This document shows positions 45,616 to 55,319 of a stretch of 64,000 bases of DNA, piece after piece. The notes under the pieces were generated by a model, which did no database searches, was not told the origin of the DNA, and saw nothing but the letters and a program-made list of their open reading frames with translations. The translations under genes were made by a program, and so were the position numbers. Source of the DNA: Clostridiales bacterium (lineage in GTDB: Bacteria; Bacillota; Clostridia; Oscillospirales; Oscillospiraceae); NCBI GenBank assembly GCA_012838665.1, contig DUOX01000015.1, positions 29,133 to 93,132 on the forward strand, in the 5' to 3' direction. The number at the start of each line of letters is the position of its first letter. Within the stretch, counting starts at the first letter, position 1.

Positions 45616-46776
45616 ATGAAAAGGATTCTAAGCATCATTTTGGCACTTGTCCTGATGTTGGCTCTCTTTAGCGCCTGCGGTAACAAAGGATCTAAGAAAG
45701 AGTCAGACACAATCAAAGTCGGTCTTTTGGCCCCTCTGACAGGTGACGTTGCCGAGTACGGTATTGCCGTTGCCAACGGCGTGCGGCTGTACACCAAGGA
45801 GCTTAACGCCAAAGGCGGAATCAACGGTAAGACAATTGAGCTCGTCGAGTATGATGAAGAGGGCGACGCTGCCAAGGCGGTCCTCGGGTACAACTCTCTG
45901 GTTGACCAGGGCGTAGTGGCCATTATAGGCGACGTTACCACCGGCCCCACCGTGGCTGTGGTTTCCGAATCCCAGGCGGACAACACTCCCATGATTACCG
46001 CTTCCGCTACCGCCGCTGCGGTTACCTATAACGAGGAAACCGGCCAGGTTTACGAGAATATGTTCCGTTCCTGCTTCATCGACCCCTTTCAGGGCGAAAA
46101 GATGGCCAGCTTTGCTTACGAAGAACTGGGCGCCAAGTCAGCAGCCGTTCTCTACAACAACGGAAGCGACTACTCCCTGGGCGTTGCCAACGCATTTATA
46201 GCAAAAGCCGAGGAAATTGGCCTTGAAATAATTGCTACTGAAAGCTACGCTGACGGCTCTCAGGATTTCCAGGGCCAGCTCACAAACATCGCCGCCAAGA
46301 ACCCTGACACTCTGTTTGTGCCTGACTACTACAATGTCATCGCTCTGGTTGCACAGCAGGCAAACGCTGCCGGCATCACCGCCCGCATGCTTGGCGTGGA
46401 CGGCTGGGATACCGTTCTGGACGTTGTCACCGACGCCTCTCTGATAGAAGGCGCCTACTACTGCTCCGGCTATTCCACCCAGGACACCAGGGAAGAGGTT
46501 CAGACCTTCCTGGAGGCATACAAAGCTGAGTACAACAACGAACCCAACATGTTTGCCGCTCAGGGCTACGACGCCGCAATGATCCTTTATGCCGCCATCG
46601 CCAAGGCTGATGCCGACGGCAAGCTGGATAACGAAACAATCATTTCATACATGAAAGCCACAGATATGAACTGCGTAACGGGGCACGTCACTTTTGACGA
46701 ATTCAACAACCCCAACAAGACCGCCGTCATCATCAACGTCTCTAACGGCGGGGCCAAATACTGGGGTAACTATTAA
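45616..46776 (+). CDS. Leu/Ile/Val-binding-family ABC substrate-binding lipoprotein
   Basis: Start taken at MKRILSIILALVLMLALFSACGN (AAGGAGG SD) rather than the track start 45544. It has a lipobox-like FSAC and a LivJ/K-like fold (IKVGLLAPLTGDVAEYG). Confidence 0.9.
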   Translation: MKRILSIILALVLMLALFSACGNKGSKKESDTIKVGLLAPLTGDVAEYGIAVANGVRLYTKELNAKGGINGKTIELVEYDEEGDAAKAVLGYNSLVDQGVVAIIGDVTTGPTVAVVSESQADNTPMITASATAAAVTYNEETGQVYENMFRSCFIDPFQGEKMASFAYEELGAKSAAVLYNNGSDYSLGVANAFIAKAEEIGLEIIATESYADGSQDFQGQLTNIAAKNPDTLFVPDYYNVIALVAQQANAAGITARMLGVDGWDTVLDVVTDASLIEGAYYCSGYSTQDTREEVQTFLEAYKAEYNNEPNMFAAQGYDAAMILYAAIAKADADGKLDNETIISYMKATDMNCVTGHVTFDEFNNPNKTAVIINVSNGGAKYWGNY

Positions 46777-46875
46777 TTAAAAACGGACAGATAATATTTC
46801 TGTAAAACTATCTGCAATTTCTTTTTAACCGCTGTATAATATCTGCAGATTTGTACCAAAAATTAACACCACATG

Positions 46876-46900
46876 CGGAGGGCGGAAATTCCGCCCTCCG
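46876..46900 (+). other. GC-rich stem-loop in the binding-protein/permease intergenic region
   Basis: 10-bp stem CGGAGGGCGG / CCGCCCTCCG with a 5-nt loop and no T tract. It lies in a 214-nt gap between the binding-protein gene and livH. Confidence 0.5.
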
Positions 46901-46990
46901 TCTAGGCACGTTTAGGCCGCAGTATTTAATAAAGACCGGCCGGGTTTTATCGGCCGTAATCGATCCTAATCCTGAAAGGGGACTACCCCC

Positions 46991-47869
46991 ATGCTATTGC
47001 TATCACAACTTATAAATGGGTTACAACTGGGTTCCATTTATGCTCTGGTTGCACTGGGATACAGCATGGTCTATGGCATTATAATGCTTTTAAACTTTGC
47101 CCATGGCGATATTATTATGGCAGGCGGATACATAGCCGTCCTGATTTTAACGGCAGGCCGCAATCCCGTTTTGGCAATTATCCTTGCCATTATCGGCTGT
47201 GTCCTGCTGTCGGTGCTCATAGAGAAGGTGGCCTACAAGCCTCTGCGCTCCGCGCCCCGCATATCCCTTCTCATCACCGCCATAGGCGTATCCCTGTTTT
47301 TGCAGAATATGGCCCAGCTATTGTTCACCGCCAATGCCCGCAGCTTCCCCAATACTGTGGTAATTCCCGCCATCAATTTTAGAATTGGCAGTATCAACAT
47401 CAGCCTGACAGCTCTGGTTACAATTGTCGTAACCATAATTTCCATGATTTGCCTCACCCTGCTGGTTCAGAAAACAAAGATGGGGAAGGCCATGAGAGCG
47501 GTTTCCGAGGACACCGACGCCGCCAAGCTCATGGGAATCAACGTCAACTCCACCATCACCTTTACTTTTGCAACGGGAAGCACTCTGGCCGGAATCGGCT
47601 CCATACTTTATTGCTGCCGCTATCCCCTGGTAAGCCCCACTATGGGCTCCCTGCTGGGACTGAAGGCCTTCGTTGCGGCGGTTCTAGGCGGTATCGGCTC
47701 CATTCCCGGCGCAATGATTGGCGGACTGGCAATTGGCTTTGCCGAAGTGCTTGTCTCCGCCGTCGGGCTATCTGAATGGACGGACGCTGTTGTGTTCGCC
47801 ATACTTATTATCGTGCTCCTTGTCAAGCCCACCGGATTTCTTGGCAGAAGCATGCAGGAAAAGGTTTAG
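46991..47869 (+). CDS. livH: HAAT-family ABC transporter permease, LivH-like
   Basis: 292-aa polytopic ORF with NFAHGDIIMAG and a C-terminal KPTGFLGR. Confidence 0.9.
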   Translation: MLLLSQLINGLQLGSIYALVALGYSMVYGIIMLLNFAHGDIIMAGGYIAVLILTAGRNPVLAIILAIIGCVLLSVLIEKVAYKPLRSAPRISLLITAIGVSLFLQNMAQLLFTANARSFPNTVVIPAINFRIGSINISLTALVTIVVTIISMICLTLLVQKTKMGKAMRAVSEDTDAAKLMGINVNSTITFTFATGSTLAGIGSILYCCRYPLVSPTMGSLLGLKAFVAAVLGGIGSIPGAMIGGLAIGFAEVLVSAVGLSEWTDAVVFAILIIVLLVKPTGFLGRSMQEKV

Positions 47870-47872
47870 GGG

Positions 47873-48883
47873 GTGGCAAAAATGGCAAAAAGACGCATTC
47901 CTACACCTGTCAGCTACGCAATAAACCTTGTGCTCATAGCCCTGCTGTTAGTGGTGGGTAACATTGTAATCTCCAGCGGAATCACCAGCCGTGCCCAAAA
48001 CTCCCTGTTTCTACAGGTGGGCATATACATTATCTTAGCGGTTTCCCTTAATGTGGTCACGGGCTATCTGGGCCAGCTCCCCCTTGGGCATGCAGGCTTC
48101 ATGGCAGTCGGGGCCTATACCGGCGCCCTGGTTTGGAAGGCTACCGCATCCATGCCGGCCCCTGTTTCCATCGTCCTCGGCCTTTTGGTAGCCGGCATTG
48201 TTTCAGCAATTTTCGGAATAATAATCGGCATACCCGCCCTGCGCCTCAAAGGTGACTACCTGGCCATAGTAACATTGGGCTTTGGTGAGATAATAAGAGT
48301 ATGCATCATTAACCTTCCTGAAATAACAGGCGGCACTCCCGGGCTTTTGAATATCCCGAAGCACTCAACCTTCACTTTGGTGTATGTCTGCGTAGTACTG
48401 ACCTGCGTAGTTATACACATGATGATGAAGTCCCGTCATGGCAGGGCAATTCTCTCCATTCGTGATAATGAGATAGCTGCGGAATCCTGCGGAATCAGCA
48501 CAACCTATTATAAGGTCATGGCCTTTTCCGTATCCGCCTTCTTTGCCGGCATTGCAGGCGCACTGTTCGCCGGCAACCAGGGTTCCCTGTTCCCCAACGC
48601 CTTTGATTTCATGGCCTCCATAAACATTCTGGTCATGGTGGTCCTGGGCGGCATGGGTTCCATGATAGGCTCCGTGATAGCGGCTACGGTGCTGACCAGT
48701 CTGCCCCTTGTGCTTCAGGTTTTCAGCAAATACCGCATGATTATATATTCCCTGATGCTTATCATCGTGATGATCTTCAAACCCTCTGGCCTCATGGGAA
48801 CCTATGACTTCTCTCTCAGGAATCTGCTGGAAAAGCTGACAGGCCATATCTCAAAGAAAAGGGAGGCCGGTACAAATGAGTAA
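47873..48883 (+). CDS. livM: HAAT-family ABC transporter permease, LivM-like
   Basis: 336-aa polytopic ORF with GYLGQLPLGHAGFMAVGAY. The start is GTG 47873 or ATG 47882. Confidence 0.9.
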   Translation: MAKMAKRRIPTPVSYAINLVLIALLLVVGNIVISSGITSRAQNSLFLQVGIYIILAVSLNVVTGYLGQLPLGHAGFMAVGAYTGALVWKATASMPAPVSIVLGLLVAGIVSAIFGIIIGIPALRLKGDYLAIVTLGFGEIIRVCIINLPEITGGTPGLLNIPKHSTFTLVYVCVVLTCVVIHMMMKSRHGRAILSIRDNEIAAESCGISTTYYKVMAFSVSAFFAGIAGALFAGNQGSLFPNAFDFMASINILVMVVLGGMGSMIGSVIAATVLTSLPLVLQVFSKYRMIIYSLMLIIVMIFKPSGLMGTYDFSLRNLLEKLTGHISKKREAGTNE

Positions 48884-49706
48884 GCTTCGCCCTCTTCCCG
48901 CCACCGGCTTTATACCGGAACGAGATCTTGACAAGACTCCGATTTTGGAAGCCCATCATCTGGGTATCAACTTCGGCGGCCTGAACGCTGTTAAGGAATT
49001 TAACCTGGTCATCGGCCGGACGGAAATCGCAGGCCTTATCGGGCCCAACGGCGCCGGGAAGACCACGGTGTTCAACCTGCTCACCAAGGTTTATCAGCCC
49101 ACAAAGGGGACCATACTTCTGGACGGGCGCAACACCTCCGGCATGACCATTTCCCAGGTATGCCGCATGGGCATTGCCCGCACCTTCCAGAACATCCGCC
49201 TTTTCAAGGATATGACCGTTCTGGAAAACGTGCTGGTAGGCCTCCACAACGAAATCGACTATCGCCTTGCCGGGGCCATCTTCCGTATCCCGGCCTACTG
49301 GCGAGCGGAGCGTATTGCCAGAGAGCGGGCCCTAGAACTGCTCTCCATTTTTAACATGGAGGGCATGGCAAATATAAAAGCCGGCAGCCTGCCTTACGGT
49401 GCCCAGCGCCGACTTGAGATTGTGCGGGCCCTGGCCACAAACCCCAGCATTATGCTTCTGGATGAGCCCGCTGCCGGCATGAACCCCTCCGAAACCGGGG
49501 AGCTTATGGAAAACATCCGCAAGATACGAGATACCTTCAAGATAGCCATCCTGCTTATTGAGCACGATATGAACCTTGTCATGGGCATCTGCGAGGGTAT
49601 TGTGGTGTTAAACTACGGCCAAATAATCGCCAAGGGCACTCCCGAAGAGATAAAAAATAACCCTGCGGTCATCGAGGCCTATCTCGGAAAGAAGGAGGCC
49701 CGATAA
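48876..49706 (+). CDS. livG: HAAT-family ABC transporter ATP-binding protein, LivG-like
   Basis: 276-aa ORF with Walker A GPNGAGKTT, signature LPYGAQRRLEIVRAL and Walker B MLLDEPAAG. Confidence 0.9.
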   Translation: MSKLRPLPATGFIPERDLDKTPILEAHHLGINFGGLNAVKEFNLVIGRTEIAGLIGPNGAGKTTVFNLLTKVYQPTKGTILLDGRNTSGMTISQVCRMGIARTFQNIRLFKDMTVLENVLVGLHNEIDYRLAGAIFRIPAYWRAERIARERALELLSIFNMEGMANIKAGSLPYGAQRRLEIVRALATNPSIMLLDEPAAGMNPSETGELMENIRKIRDTFKIAILLIEHDMNLVMGICEGIVVLNYGQIIAKGTPEEIKNNPAVIEAYLGKKEAR

Positions 49707-50404
49707 TGCTTAAAATCAATGATATAAATGTATACTACGGCCCTATCCACGCCATAAAGGGCGTCAGTTTTGAGGTACATCCCGGCGAAATCGTGGCCCT
49801 CATCGGCGCAAACGGCGCCGGCAAATCCACCATACTTAAAACCATTTCCGGCCTCCTCCGGCCCAAAACCGGCTCCATAACCTTTATGGACACCGACATC
49901 ACCAAGATGGAGGCCCACAAGATAGTGCAGCAGGGCCTGGCCCATTGTCCTGAAGGACGCCGAATATTCCTCAGGATGACCGTTATGGAAAACCTGGAAA
50001 TGGGGGCCTACACCCAAAAGGGCGTTGATGAGGATATCATTGAAAGTGTGTTTGCCAGATTCCCCAGATTGAAAGAGCGCAGAAGACAGGTGGCGGGTAC
50101 CCTGTCCGGAGGCGAGCAGCAGATGCTTGCCATGGGCAGGGCGCTTATGAGCCGCCCGAAAATGATTATGCTGGATGAACCCTCAATGGGCCTGGCTCCC
50201 CTTCTGGTGGAAGAGATTTTCGACATTATAAAGACTCTGAACGAGTCCGGAACCACCGTCCTGCTGGTAGAGCAGAACGCCGGCATGGCGCTGGAAATAG
50301 CCCACAGGGCCTATGTTCTTGAGACTGGCAGAATCACCCTCTCAGGCACCGGCAAGGAACTGGCCACCAGCGACGAAATCAAAAAAGCTTATCTTGGCGG
50401 CTGA
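49706..50404 (+). CDS. livF: HAAT-family ABC transporter ATP-binding protein, LivF-like
   Basis: 232-aa ORF with Walker A GANGAGKST, signature LSGGEQQML and Walker B IMLDEPS. Confidence 0.9.
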   Translation: MLKINDINVYYGPIHAIKGVSFEVHPGEIVALIGANGAGKSTILKTISGLLRPKTGSITFMDTDITKMEAHKIVQQGLAHCPEGRRIFLRMTVMENLEMGAYTQKGVDEDIIESVFARFPRLKERRRQVAGTLSGGEQQMLAMGRALMSRPKMIMLDEPSMGLAPLLVEEIFDIIKTLNESGTTVLLVEQNAGMALEIAHRAYVLETGRITLSGTGKELATSDEIKKAYLGG

Positions 50405-50424
50405 AAAGCCACCAGTGTAACCAA

Positions 50425-50455
50425 GGGCGGGGAAATCCCCGCTCTTGTTTTTTTG
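50425..50455 (+). terminator. Rho-independent terminator after the second liv operon
   Basis: Stem GCGGGG-AAAT-CCCCGC, followed by TCTTGTTTTTTT. Confidence 0.75.
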
Positions 50456-50465
50456 ATTAAGTCAG

Positions 50466-51173
50466 TTAAATAGGCCTTGATATCAGCAGCGAAACAAACA
50501 GCGCCATAACAGAAATTAAAGTGCCTATCACCAATTCCAATTTCGTGTGCCGTTTCATTGCAAGGCTGGCCCAGTAGGCGGCCCCAAGCACAATAAGACC
50601 CCAAAGAGCTTTGGCCCCGACAAAATACGTCAGAGCGGCAATAGGCCCGGCAATCCCGCAGGCGTGGCCGCTGGCCTTGATTTTAAATGCCCTGTTACAG
50701 AGCAGAAATAGTAGGCCGGAAAGAAAATAAGTCAGATAAATCAGGAGATATCCGCCTGGAGAGGGCACGAATATTACGAATATGATACCTAAAATGTATC
50801 CTAGGTTTGCCATAAGCATGGCAAGGGTCCGCTGTCCCTTTCTCCCCTGATCCTTAAAGCCCGGCACCAATGGCTGCAAGGGATAAGCCAATATGGGCAG
50901 CAGGACGAGAAAGACCACAGCGGAAACGAAGTGTACCAGACCCCCGAATACGGCGGGCCTGGATATGTATAGGATTATTAAAAGGACAAAGGCAGAAATG
51001 GGCGCAATAGTTACAACCCTAACAGCCTTGGCTATTTTCCCCTTCACTGTAAATCCCCTGTAAAGTTTGATATTTTTCCCAGTTATTATATCAGGAAACG
51101 ATGATGCCATCCATAAAATTTTTGTGCCAGTTAAGTTTTCTAATAGAAATCGCGCATCCTTTCCAATCAACAT
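50466..51173 (-). CDS. Polytopic membrane protein, possibly PAP2-like
   Basis: 235-aa ORF with at least 5 TM segments. KASGHACG and KRHT..E loosely resemble PAP2 motifs 2 and 3. The start is uncertain (an internal ATG at 51110 is possible). Confidence 0.5.
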   Translation of the reverse strand: MLIGKDARFLLENLTGTKILWMASSFPDIITGKNIKLYRGFTVKGKIAKAVRVVTIAPISAFVLLIILYISRPAVFGGLVHFVSAVVFLVLLPILAYPLQPLVPGFKDQGRKGQRTLAMLMANLGYILGIIFVIFVPSPGGYLLIYLTYFLSGLLFLLCNRAFKIKASGHACGIAGPIAALTYFVGAKALWGLIVLGAAYWASLAMKRHTKLELVIGTLISVMALFVSLLISRPI

Positions 51174-51220
51174 TAATATTGAAGGGTGGGATATCCCCGC
51201 CCTTTTTACTGCTTATATAT

Positions 51221-52396
51221 TCAATCCTCAGTGTTTTTTCGTTTAACCCGACGCACAAATGACATCGCCAGAGCAACTATTGCCGCCGCAACCACAATTA
51301 AAGGCACAAAAAGCCATGTGAGCTGGCTTGCTTTGGCCACTGCCCTCTCTAGGCCACTGGCCGGTTCCCCTAAAGTGAAGCTGATATTCTCCTCCGGCAG
51401 TCCGTTCAGTTTGGCGCTATAGTGTCCATCTTCATCCATGCCAATCTCCGGCACCGAAGCCGACAGGGGCAGCCCCTCCGGCGGAATTGCTTTTATGTGG
51501 AGTGTGCCGAAGTCTGCCCAGGCCTTGGCCGGGTTGGACAGGTAAGTATAGGTATAGGTAGTGTGTTTTGAGGAATAGCCGCTGGGCCGCTCCATGACGC
51601 CCTCAAGGGTGCAGTTTACCTTGACATTTCTTGTCTCTCCCGGAGCAAAATCCACGGGGTACACCGCCATGGCAAGCCGGTCCATTGAACGGGTATATGA
51701 AATTAATTCGGTGACGGGGACTGCTCTGTCGTATGTGCTCCAAAAAGTATCAATTTCCTCAAGCATCGCCCAGTATAGCTTCTCGTCCAGAGGCCCCCTT
51801 TCCCCCATTAAAGACGGCGCATAATTCTCCCAACAGGCATCCACATACTCCCTGAAAGAAGCAGTCTTCACTTCAACATCAACCTGCACGTCGGAAAGAA
51901 GCTCCGCTGTCTCCTCATAGGACTTATAGGCTCCAACCGTACAGCCGCTCAAACTTCCCCCGGAGACGAAGACCGTCATGGGAGTATCCTCCCGATCCAG
52001 GTAAAGCCATGAACTCAGCTCCCTTGTCCCGTCCTCGTAAGATGCAAATCCGCTAAAGCCGTTAAAACAGCAAACCCCCAACTCTAACTCAAACGTCATG
52101 CGGATATAGATGCGCTCGGTATCATCAGGCAGGGCAGAGGTATCCGCCAAAACCGTGTAAAGCAGGCCTTCCTCAGGCTCAAGGGGCAACTCCAGCAGGA
52201 CATTGGATAGGACATCGTCTAAATTCAGGGCAGACAGATGCGTATCTTCCTCCACCCTGCCTCCATAATAAAGCTCAAAGTCCATTTTCTCTCCGTCCAC
52301 TTCCACGGAAGATACACCCATATTCTCAGTATTGAACTTGGTAACAAAAGGAAAGGCCATGGTGACGGAAACCGGCTCCTGTGTGGGGTTTGTCAT
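51221..52396 (-). CDS. C-terminally membrane-anchored protein of unknown function, apparently lacking its 5' end
   Basis: The ORF has a C-terminal TM plus basic tail (WLFVPLIVVAAAIVALAMSFVRRVKRK) but no signal peptide. Its 5' end runs into the sfsA remnant. The first in-frame ATGs after the junction are at 52396 and 52360. Confidence 0.5.
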   Translation of the reverse strand: MTNPTQEPVSVTMAFPFVTKFNTENMGVSSVEVDGEKMDFELYYGGRVEEDTHLSALNLDDVLSNVLLELPLEPEEGLLYTVLADTSALPDDTERIYIRMTFELELGVCCFNGFSGFASYEDGTRELSSWLYLDREDTPMTVFVSGGSLSGCTVGAYKSYEETAELLSDVQVDVEVKTASFREYVDACWENYAPSLMGERGPLDEKLYWAMLEEIDTFWSTYDRAVPVTELISYTRSMDRLAMAVYPVDFAPGETRNVKVNCTLEGVMERPSGYSSKHTTYTYTYLSNPAKAWADFGTLHIKAIPPEGLPLSASVPEIGMDEDGHYSAKLNGLPEENISFTLGEPASGLERAVAKASQLTWLFVPLIVVAAAIVALAMSFVRRVKRKNTED

Positions 52397-52850
52397 GGTT
52401 ATGGCGCACTCCCCTGTCAGTGGGAGCGTCGGGAAACATGGCCACACCGTTTTCCTCCAGAGTCACGCCCTTGACCTCTGCAAAAATTTTATCCCGCCCG
52501 GTCTCAATATAGAAGTCAAAACGGGAATTCATATATCCCGCCTCAGGCCGTATGGATTTTATGTCCGGAAACAGCTTGTGCAGGTATTCCGCCGCAATCT
52601 TGTTGGGGGCCCGGCTGTCGATATTCACAAGCATGTCACCTTTATATACCGCCAAGAGGTCATATTTCGTCTTGCGATGCGGGTTATCGGATTTCTGAAG
52701 AATGACAGCGGCTCCCGGAACCAGAAGCTCACGGCAGCGCCCCGTATTTTTTACGTGGCAGACTTCCTCTTTCCCGTCAATGTCCACCAGGGCTATAAAT
52801 CGGTTGGGGCGGGCAATAAACCTGCCCCGTCTAATGTTGTCATACCGCAT
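52326..52850 (-). pseudogene. sfsA: Truncated sugar fermentation stimulation protein A gene
   Basis: The N-terminal ~150 aa are SfsA-like (RFIARPNRFIALVD..., HVKNTGRC, EVKGVTLEENGVAMFPDAPTDRGVRH). About 25 unrelated residues then lead to a stop. As I recall it, E. coli SfsA continues for roughly 80 more residues after the equivalent ERGQKH. Confidence 0.65.
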
Positions 52851-53009
52851 GTTTCTCTCCAAAAACATTTATATTACATTCTAACACATATTCCGGGACA
52901 TTGATAGAGAAGTATTTTAGGAGGGATATTTATTGAAACAAAAACTGTTGGACTAAATCCAATAAAAAGAATATACTATATTTTATAGAATATAACAACC
53001 ACACCAGCG

Positions 53010-53306
53010 ATGGCACGCAACATCTATGCCGGAGATATACTGATACCCGTCAACGAAACCAAGGAGTTAAAAGATTTGACGGCGCCCGGCTCTGACCTCC
53101 GCATATGGCATATAGGCGGTAAAGGGGATTGTATTGACCAAAATGGGCTTGCCCCTCCGAAATCATACTGCCGTCAAAAATACGATGAAATAATTAAAGA
53201 AAGGCCCTTGCCTTCCTTTAATTATCCCAATTTACGGGCACTGCAAAACCGCTCAATAAAATTGCATTACCTCACTTTATACTTTTCCCGCCTCCAAAAT
53301 GACTAG
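53010..53306 (+). CDS. Hypothetical 98-aa ORF (weak)
   Basis: Open frame only. It has no SD and no recognisable motif. A large hairpin follows it. Confidence 0.25.
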   Translation: MARNIYAGDILIPVNETKELKDLTAPGSDLRIWHIGGKGDCIDQNGLAPPKSYCRQKYDEIIKERPLPSFNYPNLRALQNRSIKLHYLTLYFSRLQND

Positions 53307-53371
53307 GGTGACGGGAGTCCGGCGGACCCGCCTGCAGGCGGTGCCCGGGTTCCCGTCACCTTAATTTTGTT
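53307..53371. terminator. Compound stem-loop between convergent genes
   Basis: Outer stem GGTGACGGGA (53307-53316) / TCCCGTCACC (53351-53360) with an inner CCGCCTGCAGGCGG palindrome, followed by TTAATTTTGTT. Confidence 0.65.
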
Positions 53372-53377
53372 GGCAGT

Positions 53378-54244
53378 CTACAAACGTTTCAGCGTCCCGC
53401 CGGGCTCCGGCAGCTCGTTTTCGTTAATGTGGTTTACTTTACAGAAATGTTCAAAGAAATCACGGGCGAGTTCCTTCTCCCCGGGGTCCTCCTTTATGGA
53501 TACAATGTCCCTTAAAATCTGTGCCATCCAAACGTTGTCAAAATATCTATATACTCCCGTATTCCAAGTGGTTCTATCCGGGTATTTTTCGTTTATATAG
53601 TAGTTCCAGAACAGCATCTTTTTGGATTCCTCATCAGTGAGGCGCAACCTGTATTCCGGATTTGAAGGGATATAACCATCCTCGCAAAGCTGTCCCACAA
53701 AATGATCATCCACCATAAAGGCGCCGATAATACGCCTTTGCTTTTCCGAAGTCCGGGGCTCCCTTGCGGTTAAAAGGCAGGCGCTGGTCTTACCCAGCCG
53801 GACAGGCTTGTTCGGTTTTCCTTCGTTCATGCCGCTTTTTATCACACCGGTAAATACGCGCCAGTCAGTAAAAATCTTGTCTATATCGTCTGACTTGCAC
53901 CAGAAAGCCGCCTGGGATTTAGGGTGCCTTTTATGGTTCCTCAAAAGCCTTTCCCGCAAAACAATGAGCTGCTCCTCACGACGTTGCCGGGCATACTCCT
54001 CTTCAAAGGCCAGTTCCTGCTGTTTTCGCTCATGCTCCATATGCTGTATCACTTTTTCAACCGATTCCGCCGCATGCTCGTCGATAAGCGTCAGGAACCC
54101 ATCAAAGGCGTCAGGGAAAATAAATTTTTTGCGTCCGGTTTTAAAACTGATTTCAATACATGTGTCGGTTTGATTAATTATACTTCCCTTGCCGAAACTC
54201 TTATGTATCACCTGCTTGTTAATCAGATTTAATGGTTTCCTCAT
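53378..54244 (-). CDS. Hypothetical protein co-transcribed with the sigma factor
   Basis: 288-aa ORF starting 15 nt after the sigma-factor stop. An N-terminal V.H..FGKG.I motif resembles the small beta-barrel at the UvrD/PcrA C-terminus. A coiled-coil follows (ERKQQELAFEEEYARQRREEQL), then a C-terminal domain of about 170 aa with no recognisable motif. Confidence 0.65.
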   Translation of the reverse strand: MRKPLNLINKQVIHKSFGKGSIINQTDTCIEISFKTGRKKFIFPDAFDGFLTLIDEHAAESVEKVIQHMEHERKQQELAFEEEYARQRREEQLIVLRERLLRNHKRHPKSQAAFWCKSDDIDKIFTDWRVFTGVIKSGMNEGKPNKPVRLGKTSACLLTAREPRTSEKQRRIIGAFMVDDHFVGQLCEDGYIPSNPEYRLRLTDEESKKMLFWNYYINEKYPDRTTWNTGVYRYFDNVWMAQILRDIVSIKEDPGEKELARDFFEHFCKVNHINENELPEPGGTLKRL

Positions 54245-54259
54245 TTTATACGTTACTCC

Positions 54260-55159
54260 TTATACAACAAAATCACTTAGATATCTGCTTCGTGTAGGAT
54301 GTCTAAGTTTGCGCAGAGCCTTTGCTTCAATTTGCCGGATGCGTTCCCGGGTAACGCCGAAATGGTTACCAACACTTTCAAGGGTTTGAGGCTCTTGGCC
54401 ATTCAGCCCGAATCGCATCTCCAAAACCTTTCTCTCCCGCTCATTTAGCGTTTGGAGCTGTTTAAATATCTCCGCCCGGAGAGAGTAGTTCATTGCCTCA
54501 TTCTCTGGAGAGACAAGTTCGGTGTCCTCAATTAAATCTCCCAGATAAATGGTACCGCTGTCACCTATGGGGGTTTCAAGGGAAATAGGATGTCCCGAAG
54601 CACGAAATGCCCTTTCCACGTTTTCCTTGCTAAGGTCAAGTTTTTCCGCCAGCTTCTGTACATCAAGGTCAGATTCGCCCCCCTGTTCCATTTTCCGGGC
54701 CGTTTTCATCACCTTGCGGATGGTCTCACCCATGTGCACAGGAATGCGGATGGTCCGGTCGGTATCTGCAATGCCGCGTACAATGGCCTGACGTATCCAC
54801 CAGGTGGCATAGGTGGAAAACCTAAAGCCCATCTCGGGGTCATAGCGCTCCACCGCTTTAATAAGCCCCAGATTCCCTTCCTGTATCAAATCCAGGAACG
54901 ACAGGGAATGGGTGTTTGTGTACCTTTTTGCAATACTTACAACAAGGCGAAGATTGGAACAAATCATCTTGTCTTTTGCTTTCTTATCTCCCGCCTTAAC
55001 CCTCTTAGCCAATTCCTGCTCCTCCTCCAGAGACAAAAGGGGAGAAGCGCCGGCGGCAGCCATATAGTCCCTTACCGGATCCAATCCAAATTGAATATTA
55101 TCTTCTTCGCCTTGACTTATCATTAAACCCTCATCGTTGTATATATGCTCTGATTCCAT
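54260..55159 (-). CDS. Sigma-70 family RNA polymerase sigma factor, primary-like (group 1/2) without region 1.1
   Basis: Start taken at MESEHIY (ATG at 55159, GGGAGGAGG SD). Region 2 shows NLRLVVSIAKRY, DLIQEGNLGLIKAVERYD and the RpoD box YATWWIRQAIVRGI. Region 4.2 shows ESVGNHFGVTRERIRQIEAKALRKLRHP. Confidence 0.9.
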   Translation of the reverse strand: MESEHIYNDEGLMISQGEEDNIQFGLDPVRDYMAAAGASPLLSLEEEQELAKRVKAGDKKAKDKMICSNLRLVVSIAKRYTNTHSLSFLDLIQEGNLGLIKAVERYDPEMGFRFSTYATWWIRQAIVRGIADTDRTIRIPVHMGETIRKVMKTARKMEQGGESDLDVQKLAEKLDLSKENVERAFRASGHPISLETPIGDSGTIYLGDLIEDTELVSPENEAMNYSLRAEIFKQLQTLNERERKVLEMRFGLNGQEPQTLESVGNHFGVTRERIRQIEAKALRKLRHPTRSRYLSDFVV

Positions 55160-55282
55160 TTCCAACCTCCTCCCTGAATATTTATATAAAATGGAGGAAA
55201 TAAAAAAAGCCCCGTTTTGATATCCCGCAAATCGCTTCAATATTCTTCAATCACTGCGCAGAATTGAAATACGGTCGGATAT

Positions 55283-55311
55283 ATTATACCACAAAGCCAA
55301 AAATAAAGCAA
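55283..55311 (-). promoter_or_regulatory. Possible promoter of the sigma-factor operon
   Basis: On the minus strand: TTGCTT (55306-55311), 17-nt spacer, TATAAT (55283-55288). Confidence 0.4.
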
Positions 55312-55319
55312 ATTTTTTA

